Below are positions 39,664 through 54,403 of a DNA stretch of 64,000 bases, piece after piece. Under the pieces are notes generated by a model. It was given only the letters and a program-made list of their open reading frames with translations, searched no databases and had not been told where the DNA came from. The DNA is from Auanema rhodensis (taxonomy: Eukaryota; Animalia; Nematoda): NCBI GenBank assembly GCA_964057225.1, contig OZ059897.1, forward strand, positions 20,398,001 to 20,462,000. Direction: 5' to 3'. Within the stretch, counting starts at the first letter, position 1. Every line of letters begins with the position of its first letter. The position numbers and the translations under genes were made by a program.

Positions 39664-41067
39664 ATCGTTTGAAAAATGATGCATTAGTGTATGTTGAGTT
39701 TCCATGTACACTCAACATTGCTTCCAAAAACATTTTGACAAAAATTTTTTCGAAAAATTTCAAAATAATTTAGCAAAAAGTAGATGTTTTTAGATTCCTT
39801 TTTTCAAGGCAAAGACGATGGACAATGTTATTTAACGAAAAAATTAATTCTTCAGGGTGAAAATCGAGGATAAAAGTGTAAACTTATATCAGTTGATATC
39901 TCGGTGCATTTTTAAGCTAGCGCAAATCTGATAACACAGATCGACGCAGCTTAAAAATCCGCATCGAATGCACTATACTACATTGAGAAACGCTTAATAC
40001 AAAAATTAGTTATGATCGTTTGAAAAATGATGCATTAGTGTATGTTGAGTTTCCATGTACACTCAACATTGCTTCCAAAAACATTTTGACAAAAATTTTT
40101 TCGAAAAATTTCAAAATAATTTAGCAAAAAGTAGATGTTTTTAGATTCCTTTTTTCAAGGCAAAGACAATGGACCATGTTATTCAACGAAAAAATTAATT
40201 CTTCAGGGTGAAAATCGAGGATATAAGTGTAAACTTATATCATTTGATATCTCGGTGCATTTTTAAGCTAGCGCAAATCTGATAACACAGATCGACGCAG
40301 CTTAAAAATCCGCATCGAATGCACTATACTACATTAAGAAACGCTTAATACGAAAATTAGTTATGATCGTTTGAAAAATGATGCATTAGTGTATGTTGAG
40401 TTTCCATGTACACTCAACATTGCTTCCAAAAACATTTTGACAAAAATTTTTTCGAAAAATTTCAAAATAATTTAGCAAAAAGTAGATGTTTTTAGATTCC
40501 TTTTTTCAAGGCAAAGACAATGGACCATGTTATTCAACGAAAAAATTAATTCTTCAGGGTGAAAATCGAGGATATAAGTGTAAACTTATATCATTTGATA
40601 TCTCGGTGCATTTTTAAGCTAGCGCAAATCTGATAACACAGATCGACGCAGCTTAAAAATCCGCATCGAATGCACTATACTACATTAAAAAACGCTTAAT
40701 ACAAAAATTAGTTATGATCGTTTGAAAAATGATGCATTAGTGTATGTTGAGTTTCCATGTACACTCAACATTGCTTCCGAAAACATTTTGACAAAAATTT
40801 TTTCGAAAAATTTCAAAATAATTTAGCAAAAAGTAGATGTTTTTAGATTCCTTTTTTCAAGGCAAAGACGATGAACAATGTTATTCAACGAAAAAATTAA
40901 TTCTTCAGGGTGAAAATCGAGGATATAAGTGTGAACTTATATCAGATGATATCTCGGTGCATTTTTAAGCTAGCGCAAATCTGATAACACAGATCGACGC
41001 AGCTTAAAAATCCGCATCGAATGCACTATACTACATTGAGAAACGCTTAATACAAAAATTAGTTATG

Positions 41068-43173
41068 ATCGTTTGAAAAATGATGCATTAGTGTATGTTG
41101 AGTTTCCATGTACACTCAACATTGCTTCCAAAAACATTTTGACAAAAATTTTTTCGAAAAATTTCAAAATAATTTAGCAAAAAGTAGATGTTTTTAGATT
41201 CCTTTTTTCAAGGCAAAGACAATGGACCATGTTATTCAACGAAAAAATTAATTCTTCAGGGTGAAAATCGAGGATATAAGTGTGAACTTATATCAGTTGA
41301 TATCTCGGTGCATTTTTAAGCTAGCGCAAATCTGATAACACAGATCGACGCAGCTTAAAAATCCGCATCGAATGCACTATACTACATTAAGAAACGCTTA
41401 GTACAAAAATTAGTTATGATCGTTTGAAAAATGATGCATTAGTGTATGTTGAGTTTCCATGTACACTCAACATTGCTTCCAAAAACATTTTGACAAAAAT
41501 TTTTTCGAAAAATTTCAAAATAATTTAGCAAAAAGTAGATGTTTTTAGATTCCTTTTTTCAAGGCAAAGACGATGGACAATGTTATTCAACGAAAAAATT
41601 AATTCTTCAGGGTGAAAATCGAGGATATAAGTGTAAACTTATATCAGTTGATATCTCGGTACATTTTTAAGCTAGCGCAAATCTGATAACACAGATCGAC
41701 GCAGCTTAAAAATCCGCATCGAATGCACTATACTACATGGAAGAACGCTTAATACAAAAATTAGTTATGATCGTTTGAAAAATGATGCATTAGTGTATGT
41801 TGAGTTTCCATGTACACTCAACATTGCTTCCAAAAACATTTTGACAAAAATTTTTTCGAAAAATTTCAAAATAATTTAGCAAAAAGTAGATGTTTTTAGA
41901 TTCCTTTTTTCAAGGCAAAGACGATGGACAATGTTATTTAACGAAAAAATTAATTCTTCAGGGTGAAAATCGAGGATAAAAGTGTAAACTTATATCAGTT
42001 GATATCTCGGTGCATTTTTAAGCTAGCGCAAATCTGATAACACAGATCGACGCAGCTTAAAAATCCGCATCGAATGCACTATACTACATTGAGAAACGCT
42101 TAATACAAAAATTAGTTATGATCGTTTGAAAAATGATGCATTAGTGTATGTTGAGTTTCCATGTACACTCAACATTGCTTCCAAAAACATTTTGACAAAA
42201 ATTTTTTCGAAAAATTTCAAAATAATTTAGCAAAAAGTAGATGTTTTTAGATTCCTTTTTTCAAGGCAAAGACAATGGACCATGTTATTCAACGAAAAAA
42301 TTAATTCTTCAGGGTGAAAATCGAGGATATAAGTGTGAACTTATATCAGTTGATATCTCGGTGCATTTTTAAGCTAGCGCAAATCTGATAACACAGATCG
42401 ACGCAGCTTAAAAATCCGCATCGAATGCACTATACTACATTAAGAAACGCTTAGTACAAAAATTAGTTATGATCGTTTGAAAAATGATGCATTAGTGTAT
42501 GTTGAGTTTCCATGTACACTCAACATTGCTTCCAAAAACATTTTGACAAAAATTTTTTCGAAAAATTTCAAAATAATTTAGCAAAAAGTAGATGTTTTTA
42601 GATTCCTTTTTTCAAGGCAAAGACGATGGACAATGTTATTCAACGAAAAAATTAATTCTTCAGGGTGAAAATCGAGGATATAAGTGTAAACTTATATCAG
42701 TTGATATCTCGGTACATTTTTAAGCTAGCGCAAATCTGATAACACAGATCGACGCAGCTTAAAAATCCGCATCGAATGCACTATACTACATGGAAGAACG
42801 CTTAATACAAAAATTAGTTATGATCGTTTGAAAAATGATGCATTAGTGTATGTTGAGTTTCCATGTACACTCAACATTGCTTCCAAAAACATTTTGACAA
42901 AAATTTTTTCGAAAAATTTCAAAATAATTTAGCAAAAAGTAGATGTTTTTAGATTCCTTTTTTCAAGGCAAAGACGATGGACAATGTTATTTAACGAAAA
43001 AATTAATTCTTCAGGGTGAAAATCGAGGATAAAAGTGTAAACTTATATCAGTTGATATCTCGGTGCATTTTTAAGCTAGCGCAAATCTGATAACACAGAT
43101 CGACGCAGCTTAAAAATCCGCATCGAATGCACTATACTACATTGAGAAACGCTTAATACAAAAATTAGTTATG
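41068..43173. repeat. 3-monomer (1053-bp) tandem duplication
   Basis: Monomers 118-120 recur as 121-123 (TTAGTAC type, GTACA/GGAAG type, TATTT/GATAAAAG type). Confidence 0.75.
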
Positions 43174-46100
43174 ATCGTTTGAAAAATGATGCATTAGTGT
43201 ATGTTGAGTTTCCATGTACACTCAACATTGCTTCCAAAAACATTTTGACAAAAATTTTTTCGAAAAATTTCAAAATAATTTAGCAAAAAGTAGATGTTTT
43301 TAGATTCCTTTTTTCAAGGCAAAGACAATGGACCATGTTATTCAACGAAAAAATTAATTCTTCAGGGTGAAAATCGAGGATATAAGTGTAAACTTATATC
43401 ATTTGATATCTCGGTGCATTTTTAAGCTAGCGCAAATCTGATAACACAGATCGACGCAGCTTAAAAATCCGCATCGAATGCACTATACTACATTAAGAAA
43501 CGCTTAATACGAAAATTAGTTATGATCGTTTGAAAAATGATGCATTAGTGTATGTTGAGTTTCCATGTACACTCAACATTGCTTCCAAAAACATTTTGAC
43601 AAAAATTTTTTCGAAAAATTTCAAAATAATTTGGCAAAAAGTAGATGTTTTTAGATTCCTTTTTTCAAGGCAAAGACAATGGACCATGTTATTCAACGAA
43701 AAAATTAATTCTTCAGGGTGAAAATCGAGGATATAAGTGTAAACTTATATCATTTGATATCTCGGTGCATTTTTAAGCTAGCGCAAATCTGATAACACAG
43801 ATCGACGCAGCTTAAAAATCCGCATCGAATGCACTATACTACATTAAGAAACGCTTAGTACAAAAATTAGTTATGATCGTTTGAAAAATGATGCATTAGT
43901 GTATGTTGAGTTTCCATGTACACTCAACATTGCTTCCAAAAACATTTTGACAAAAATTTTTTCGAAAAATTTCAAAATAATTTAGCAAAAAGTAGATGTT
44001 TTTAGATTCCTTTTTTCAAGGCAAAGACGATGGACAATGTTATTCAACGAAAAAATTAATTCTTCAGGGTGAAAATCGAGGATATAAGTGTAAACTTATA
44101 TCAGTTGATATCTCGGTACATTTTTAAGCTAGCGCAAATCTGATAACACAGATCGACGCAGCTTAAAAATCCGCATCGAATGCACTATACTACATGGAAG
44201 AACGCTTAATACAAAAATTAGTTATGATCGTTTGAAAAATGATGCATTAGTGTATGTTGAGTTTCCATGTACACTCAACATTGCTTCCAAAAACATTTTG
44301 ACAAAAATTTTTTCGAAAAATTTCAAAATAATTTAGCAAAAAGTAGATGTTTTTAGATTCCTTTTTTCAAGGCAAAGACGATGGACAATGTTATTTAACG
44401 AAAAAATTAATTCTTCAGGGTGAAAATCGAGGATAAAAGTGTAAACTTATATCAGTTGATATCTCGGTGCATTTTTAAGCTAGCGCAAATCTGATAACAC
44501 AGATCGACGCAGCTTAAAAATCCGCATCGAATGCACTATACTACATTGAGAAACGCTTAATACAAAAATTAGTTATGATCGTTTGAAAAATGATGCATTA
44601 GTGTATGTTGAGTTTCCATGTACACTCAACATTGCTTCCAAAAACATTTTGACAAAAATTTTTTCGAAAAATTTCAAAATAATTTAGCAAAAAGTAGATG
44701 TTTTTAGATTCCTTTTTTCAAGGCAAAGACAATGGACCATGTTATTCAACGAAAAAATTAATTCTTCAGGGTGAAAATCGAGGATATAAGTGTAAACTTA
44801 TATCATTTGATATCTCGGTGCATTTTTAAGCTAGCGCAAATCTGATAACACAGATCGACGCAGCTTAAAAATCCGCATCGAATGCACTATACTACATTAA
44901 GAAACGCTTAATACGAAAATTAGTTATGATCGTTTGAAAAATGATGCATTAGTGTATGTTGAGTTTCCATGTACACTCAACATTGCTTCCAAAAACATTT
45001 TGACAAAAATTTTTTCGAAAAATTTCAAAATAATTTGGCAAAAAGTAGATGTTTTTAGATTCCTTTTTTCAAGGCAAAGACAATGGACCATGTTATTCAA
45101 CGAAAAAATTAATTCTTCAGGGTGAAAATCGAGGATATAAGTGTAAACTTATATCATTTGATATCTCGGTGCATTTTTAAGCTAGCGCAAATCTGATAAC
45201 ACAGATCGACGCAGCTTAAAAATCCGCATCGAATGCACTATACTACATTAAAAAACGCTTAATACAAAAATTAGTTATGATCGTTTGAAAAATGATGCAT
45301 TAGTGTATGTTGAGTTTCCATGTACACTCAACATTGCTTCCGAAAACATTTTGACAAAAATTTTTTCGAAAAATTTCAAAATAATTTAGCAAAAAGTAGA
45401 TGTTTTTAGATTCCTTTTTTCAAGGCAAAGACGATGAACAATGTTATTCAACGAAAAAATTAATTCTTCAGGGTGAAAATCGAGGATATAAGTGTGAACT
45501 TATATCAGATGATATCTCGGTGCATTTTTAAGCTAGCGCAAATCTGATAACACAGATCGACGCAGCTTAAAAATCCGCATCGAATGCACTATACTACATT
45601 GAGAAACGCTTAATACAAAAATTAGTTATGATCGTTTGAAAAATGATGCATTAGTGTATGTTGAGTTTCCATGTACACTCAACATTGCTTCCAAAAACAT
45701 TTTGACAAAAATTTTTTCGAAAAATTTCAAAATAATTTAGCAAAAAGTAGATGTTTTTAGATTCCTTTTTTCAAGGCAAAGACAATGGACCATGTTATTC
45801 AACGAAAAAATTAATTCTTCAGGGTGAAAATCGAGGATATAAGTGTGAACTTATATCAGTTGATATCTCGGTGCATTTTTAAGCTAGCGCAAATCTGATA
45901 ACACAGATCGACGCAGCTTAAAAATCCGCATCGAATGCACTATACTACATTGAGAAACGCTTAATACAAAAATTAGTTATGATCGTTTGAAAAATGATGC
46001 ATTAGTGTATGTTGAGTTTCCATGTACACTCAACATTGCTTCCAAAAACATTTTGACAAAAATTTTTTCGAAAAATTTCAAAATAATTTAGCAAAAAGTA

Positions 46101-49100
46101 GATGTTTTTAGATTCCTTTTTTCAAGGCAAAGACAATGGACCATGTTATTCAACGAAAAAATTAATTCTTCAGGGTGAAAATCGAGGATATAAGTGTAAA
46201 CTTATATCAGTTGATATCTCGGTACATTTTTAAGCTAGCGCAAATCTGATAACACAGATCGACGCAGCTTAAAAATCCGCATCGAATGCACTATACTACA
46301 TGGAAGAACGCTTAATACAAAAATTAGTTATGATCGTTTGAAAAATGATGCATTAGTGTATGTTGAGTTTCCATGTACACTCAACATTGCTTCCAAAAAC
46401 ATTTTGACAAAAATTTTTTCGAAAAATTTCAAAATAATTTAGCAAAAAGTAGATGTTTTTAGATTCCTTTTTTCAAGGCAAAGACGATGGACAATGTTAT
46501 TTAACGAAAAAATTAATTCTTCAGGGTGAAAATCGAGGATAAAAGTGTAAACTTATATCAGTTGATATCTCGGTGCATTTTTAAGCTAGCGCAAATCTGA
46601 TAACACAGATCGACGCAGCTTAAAAATCCGCATCGAATGCACTATACTACATTGAGAAACGCTTAATACAAAAATTAGTTATGATCGTTTGAAAAATGAT
46701 GCATTAGTGTATGTTGAGTTTCCATGTACACTCAACATTGCTTCCAAAAACATTTTGACAAAAATTTTTTCGAAAAATTTCAAAATAATTTAGCAAAAAG
46801 TAGATGTTTTTAGATTCCTTTTTTCAAGGCAAAGACAATGGACCATGTTATTCAACGAAAAAATTAATTCTTCAGGGTGAAAATCGAGGATATAAGTGTG
46901 AACTTATATCAGTTGATATCTCGGTGCATTTTTAAGCTAGCGCAAATCTGATAACACAGATCGACGCAGCTTAAAAATCCGCATCGAATGCACTATACTA
47001 CATTAAGAAACGCTTAGTACAAAAATTAGTTATGATCGTTTGAAAAATGATGCATTAGTGTATGTTGAGTTTCCATGTACACTCAACATTGCTTCCAAAA
47101 ACATTTTGACAAAAATTTTTTCGAAAAATTTCAAAATAATTTAGCAAAAAGTAGATGTTTTTAGATTCCTTTTTTCAAGGCAAAGACAATGGACCATGTT
47201 ATTCAACGAAAAAATTAATTCTTCAGGGTGAAAATCGAGGATAAAAGTGTAAACTTATATCAGTTGATATCTCGGTGCATTTTTAAGCTAGCGCAAATCT
47301 GATAACACAGATCGACGCAGCTTAAAAATCCGCATCGAATGCACTATACTACATTGAGAAACGCTTAATACAAAAATTAGTTATGATCGTTTGAAAAATG
47401 ATGCATTAGTGTATGTTGAGTTTCCATGTACACTCAACATTGCTTCCAAAAACATTTTGACAAAAATTTTTTCGAAAAATTTCAAAATAATTTAGCAAAA
47501 AGTAGATGTTTTTAGATTCCTTTTTTCAAGGCAAAGACAATGGACCATGTTATTCAACGAAAAAATTAATTCTTCAGGGTGAAAATCGAGGATATAAGTG
47601 TGAACTTATATCAGTTGATATCTCGGTGCATTTTTAAGCTAGCGCAAATCTGATAACACAGATCGACGCAGCTTAAAAATCCGCATCGAATGCACTATAC
47701 TACATTAAGAAACGCTTAGTACAAAAATTAGTTATGATCGTTTGAAAAATGATGCATTAGTGTATGTTGAGTTTCCATGTACACTCAACATTGCTTCCAA
47801 AAACATTTTGACAAAAATTTTTTCGAAAAATTTCAAAATAATTTAGCAAAAAGTAGATGTTTTTAGATTCCTTTTTTCAAGGCAAAGACGATGGACAATG
47901 TTATTCAACGAAAAAATTAATTCTTCAGGGTGAAAATCGAGGATATAAGTGTAAACTTATATCAGTTGATATCTCGGTACATTTTTAAGCTAGCGCAAAT
48001 CTGATAACACAGATCGACGCAGCTTAAAAATCCGCATCGAATGCACTATACTACATGGAAGAACGCTTAATACAAAAATTAGTTATGATCGTTTGAAAAA
48101 TGATGCATTAGTGTATGTTGAGTTTCCATGTACACTCAACATTGCTTCCAAAAACATTTTGACAAAAATTTTTTCGAAAAATTTCAAAATAATTTAGCAA
48201 AAAGTAGATGTTTTTAGATTCCTTTTTTCAAGGCAAAGACGATGGACAATGTTATTTAACGAAAAAATTAATTCTTCAGGGTGAAAATCGAGGATAAAGT
48301 GTAAACTTATATCAGTTGATATCTCGGTGCATTTTTAAGCTAGCGCAAATCTGATAACACAGATCGACGCAGCTTAAAAATCCGCATCGAATGCACTATA
48401 CTACATTGAGAAACGCTTAATACAAAAATTAGTTATGATCGTTTGAAAAATGATGCATTAGTGTATGTTGAGTTTCCATGTACACTCAACATTGCTTCCA
48501 AAAACATTTTGACAAAAATTTTTTCGAAAAATTTCAAAATAATTTAGCAAAAAGTAGATGTTTTTAGATTCCTTTTTTCAAGGCAAAGACAATGGACCAT
48601 GTTATTCAACGAAAAAATTAATTCTTCAGGGTGAAAATCGAGGATATAAGTGTAAACTTATATCATTTGATATCTCGGTGCATTTTTAAGCTAGCGCAAA
48701 TCTGATAACACAGATCGACGCAGCTTAAAAATCCGCATCGAATGCACTATACTACATTAAGAAACGCTTAATACGAAAATTAGTTATGATCGTTTGAAAA
48801 ATGATGCATTAGTGTATGTTGAGTTTCCATGTACACTCAACATTGCTTCCAAAAACATTTTGACAAAAATTTTTTCGAAAAATTTCAAAATAATTTGGCA
48901 AAAAGTAGATGTTTTTAGATTCCTTTTTTCAAGGCAAAGACAATGGACCATGTTATTCAACGAAAAAATTAATTCTTCAGGGTGAAAATCGAGGATATAA
49001 GTGTAAACTTATATCATTTGATATCTCGGTGCATTTTTAAGCTAGCGCAAATCTGATAACACAGATCGACGCAGCTTAAAAATCCGCATCGAATGCACTA

Positions 49101-52100
49101 TACTACATTAAAAAACGCTTAATACAAAAATTAGTTATGATCGTTTGAAAAATGATGCATTAGTGTATGTTGAGTTTCCATGTACACTCAACATTGCTTC
49201 CGAAAACATTTTGACAAAAATTTTTTCGAAAAATTTCAAAATAATTTAGCAAAAAGTAGATGTTTTTAGATTCCTTTTTTCAAGGCAAAGACGATGAACA
49301 ATGTTATTCAACGAAAAAATTAATTCTTCAGGGTGAAAATCGAGGATATAAGTGTGAACTTATATCAGATGATATCTCGGTGCATTTTTAAGCTAGCGCA
49401 AATCTGATAACACAGATCGACGCAGCTTAAAAATCCGCATCGAATGCACTATACTACATTGAGAAACGATTAATACAAAAATTAGTTATGATCGTTTGAA
49501 AAATGATGCATTAGTGTATGTTGAGTTTCCATGTACACTCAACATTGCTTCCAAAAACATTTTGACAAAAATTTTTTCGAAAAATTTCAAAATAATTTAG
49601 CAAAAAGTAGATGTTTTTAGATTCCTTTTTTCAAGGCAAAGACAATGGACCATGTTATTCAACGAAAAAATTAATTCTTCAGGGTGAAAATCGAGGATAT
49701 AAGTGTGAACTTATATCAGTTGATATCTCGGTGCATTTTTAAGCTAGCGCAAATCTGATAACACAGATCGACGCAGCTTAAAAATCCGCATCGAATGCAC
49801 TATACTACATTGAGAAACGCTTAATACAAAATTAGTTATGATCGTTTGAAAAATGATGCATTAGTGTATGTTGAGTTTCCATGTACACTCAACATTGCTT
49901 CCAAAAACATTTTGACAAAAATTTTTTCGAAAAATTTCAAAATAATTTAGCAAAAAGTAGATGTTTTTAGATTCCTTTTTTCAAGGCAAAGACAATGGAC
50001 CATGTTATTCAACGAAAAAATTAATTCTTCAGGGTGAAAATCGAGGATATAAGTGTGAACTTATATCAGTTGATATCTCGGTACATTTTTAAGCTAGCGC
50101 AAATCTGATAACACAGATCGACGCAGCTTAAAAATCCGCATCGAATGCACTATACTACATGGAAGAACGCTTAATACAAAAGTTAGTTATGATCGTTTGA
50201 AAAATGATGCATTAGTGTATGTTGAGTTTCCATGTACACTCAACATTGCTTCCAAAAACATTTTGACAAAAATTTTTTCGAAAAATTTCAAAATAATTTA
50301 GCAAAAAGTAGATGTTTTTAGATTCCTTTTTTCAAGGCAAAGACAATGGACCATGTTATTCAACGAAAAAATTAATTCTTCAGGGTGAAAATCGAGGATA
50401 TAAGTGTGAACTTATATCAGTTGATATCTCGGTACATTTTTAAGCTAGCGCAAATCTGATAACACAGATCGACGCAGCTTAAAAATCCGCATCGAATGCA
50501 CTATACTACATGGAAGAACGCTTAATACAAAAGTTAGTTATGATCGTTTGAAAAATGATGCATTAGTGTATGTTGAGTTTCCATGTACACTCAACATTGC
50601 TTCCAAAAACATTTTGACAAAAATTTTTTCGAAAAATTTCAAAATAATTTAGCAAAAAGTAGATGTTTTTAGATTCCTTTTTTCAAGGCAAAGACGATGG
50701 ACAATGTTATTTAACGAAAAAATTAATTCTTCAGGGTGAAAATCGAGGATAAAAGTGTAAACTTATATCAGTTGATATCTCGGTGCATTTTTAAGCTAGC
50801 GCAAATCTGATAACACAGATCGACGCAGCTTAAAAATCCGCATCGAATGCACTATACTACATTGAGAAACGCTTAATACAAAAATTAGTTATGATCGTTT
50901 GAAAAATGATGCATTAGTGTATGTTGAGTTTCCATGTACACTCAACATTGCTTCCAAAAACATTTTGACAAAAATTTTTTCGAAAAATTTCAAAATAATT
51001 TAGCAAAAAGTAGATGTTTTTAGATTCCTTTTTTCAAGGCAAAGACAATGGACCATGTTATTCAACGAAAAAATTAATTCTTCAGGGTGAAAATCGAGGA
51101 TATAAGTGTGAACTTATATCAGTTGATATCTCGGTGCATTTTTAAGCTAGCGCAAATCTGATAACACAGATCGACGCAGCTTAAAAATCCGCATCGAATG
51201 CACTATACTACATTAAGAAACGCTTAATACAAAAGTTAGTTATGATCGTTTGAAAAATGATGCATTAGTGTATGTTGAGTTTCCATGTACACTCAACATT
51301 GCTTCCAAAAACATTTTGACAAAAATTTTTTCGAAAAATTTCAAAATAATTTAGCAAAAAGTAGATGTTTTTAGATTCCTTTTTTCAAGGCAAAGACGAT
51401 GGACAATGTTATTTAACGAAAAAATTAATTCTTCAGGGTGAAAATCGAGGATAAAAGTGTAAACTTATATCAGTTGATATCTCGGTGCATTTTTAAGCTA
51501 GCGCAAATCTGATAACACAGATCGACGCAGCTTAAAAATCCGCATCGAATGCACTATACTACATTGAGAAACGCTTAATACAAAAATTAGTTATGATCGT
51601 TTGAAAAATGATGCATTAGTGTATGTTGAGTTTCCATGTACACTCAACATTGCTTCCAAAAACATTTTGACAAAAATTTTTTCGAAAAATTTCAAAATAA
51701 TTTAGCAAAAAGTAGATGTTTTTAGATTCCTTTTTTCAAGGCAAAGACAATGGACCATGTTATTCAACGAAAAAATTAATTCTTCAGGGTGAAAATCGAG
51801 GATATAAGTGTAAACTTATATCATTTGATATCTCGGTGCATTTTTAAGCTAGCGCAAATCTGATAACACAGATCGACGCAGCTTAAAAATCCGCATCGAA
51901 TGCACTATACTACATTAAGAAACGCTTAATACAAAAGTTAGTTATGATCGTTTGAAAAATGATGCATTAGTGTATGTTGAGTTTCCATGTACACTCAACA
52001 TTGCTTCCAAAAACATTTTGACAAAAATTTTTTCGAAAAATTTCAAAATAATTTAGCAAAAAGTAGATGTTTTTAGATTCCTTTTTTCAAGGCAAAGACG

Positions 52101-54403
52101 ATGGACAATGTTATTTAACGAAAAAATTAATTCTTCAGGGTGAAAATCGAGGATAAAAGTGTAAACTTATATCAGTTGATATCTCGGTGCATTTTTAAGC
52201 TAGCGCAAATCTGATAACACAGATCGACGCAGCTTAAAAATCCGCATCGAATGCACTATACTACATTGAGAAACGCTTAATACAAAAATTAGTTATGATC
52301 GTTTGAAAAATGATGCATTAGTGTATGTTGAGTTTCCATGTACACTCAACATTGCTTCCAAAAACATTTTGACAAAAATTTTTTCGAAAAATTTCAAAAT
52401 AATTTAGCAAAAAGTAGATGTTTTTAGATTCCTTTTTTCAAGGCAAAGACAATGGACCATGTTATTCAACGAAAAAATTAATTCTTCAGGGTGAAAATCG
52501 AGGATTTAAGTGTAAACTTATATCATTTGATATCTCGGTGCATTTTTAAGCTAGCGCAAATCTGATAACACAGATCGACGCAGCTTAAAAATCCGCATCG
52601 AATGCACTATACTACATTAAGAAACGCTTAATACGAAAATTAGTTATGATCGTTTGAAAAATGATGCATTAGTGTATGTTGAGTTTCCATGTACACTCAA
52701 CATTGCTTCCAAAAACATTTTGACAAAAATTTTTTCGAAAAATTTCAAAATAATTTAGCAAAAAGTAGATGTTTTTAGATTCCTTTTTTCAAGGCAAAGA
52801 CAATGGACCATGTTATTCAACGAAAAAATTAATTCTTCAGGGTGAAAATCGAGGATATAAGTGTAAACTTATATCATTTGATATCTCGGTGCATTTTTAA
52901 GCTAGCGCAAATCTGATAACACAGATCGACGCAGCTTAAAAATCCGCATCGAATGCACTATACTACATTAAAAAACGCTTAATACAAAAATTAGTTATGA
53001 TCGTTTGAAAAATGATGCATTAGTGTATGTTGAGTTTCCATGTACACTCAACATTGCTTCCGAAAACATTTTGACAAAAATTTTTTCGAAAAATTTCAAA
53101 ATAATTTAGCAAAAAGTAGATGTTTTTAGATTCCTTTTTTCAAGGCAAAGACGATGAACAATGTTATTCAACGAAAAAATTAATTCTTCAGGGTGAAAAT
53201 CGAGGATATAAGTGTGAACTTATATCAGATGATATCTCGGTGCATTTTTAAGCTAGCGCAAATCTGATAACACAGATCGACGCAGCTTAAAAATCCGCAT
53301 CGAATGCACTATACTACATTGAGAAACGCTTAATACAAAAATTAGTTATGATCGTTTGAAAAATGATGCATTAGTGTATGTTGAGTTTCCATGTACACTC
53401 AACATTGCTTCCAAAAACATTTTGACAAAAATTTTTTCGAAAAATTTCAAAATAATTTAGCAAAAAGTAGATGTTTTTAGATTCCTTTTTTCAAGGCAAA
53501 GACAATGGACCATGTTATTCAACGAAAAAATTAATTCTTCAGGGTGAAAATCGAGGATATAAGTGTAAACTTATATCATTTGATATCTCGGTGCATTTTT
53601 AAGCTAGCGCAAATCTGATAACACAGATCGACGCAGCTTAAAAATCCGCATCGAATGCACTATACTACATTAAGAAACGCTTAATACGAAAATTAGTTAT
53701 GATCGTTTGAAAAATGATGCATTAGTGTATGTTGAGTTTCCATGTACACTCAACATTGCTTCCAAAAACATTTTGACAAAAATTTTTTCGAAAAATTTCA
53801 AAATAATTTAGCAAAAAGTAGATGTTTTTAGATTCCTTTTTTCAAGGCAAAGACAATGGACCATGTTATTCAACGAAAAAATTAATTCTTCAGGGTGAAA
53901 ATCGAGGATATAAGTGTAAACTTATATCATTTGATATCTCGGTGCATTTTTAAGCTAGCGCAAATCTGATAACACAGATCGACGCAGCTTAAAAATCCGC
54001 ATCGAATGCACTATACTACATTAAAAAACGCTTAATACAAAAATTAGTTATGATCGTTTGAAAAATGATGCATTAGTGTATGTTGAGTTTCCATGTACAC
54101 TCAACATTGCTTCCGAAAACATTTTGACAAAAATTTTTTCGAAAAATTTCAAAATAATTTAGCAAAAAGTAGATGTTTTTAGATTCCTTTTTTCAAGGCA
54201 AAGACGATGAACAATGTTATTCAACGAAAAAATTAATTCTTCAGGGTGAAAATCGAGGATATAAGTGTGAACTTATATCAGATGATATCTCGGTGCATTT
54301 TTAAGCTAGCGCAAATCTGATAACACAGATCGACGCAGCTTAAAAATCCGCATCGAATGCACTATACTACATTGAGAAACGCTTAATACAAAAATTAGTT
54401 ATG

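Noticed and set aside
21768-48985. Ten 63-aa ORFs (MKNDALVYVEF...) as protein-coding genes
   Set aside because: They are pos 6-197 of the satellite monomer and start at TTG, not ATG. They are open only where a TAG mutated, and about 95% of copies keep the stop. The K/F/I/N-rich composition reflects AT-richness, and I recognise no domain.
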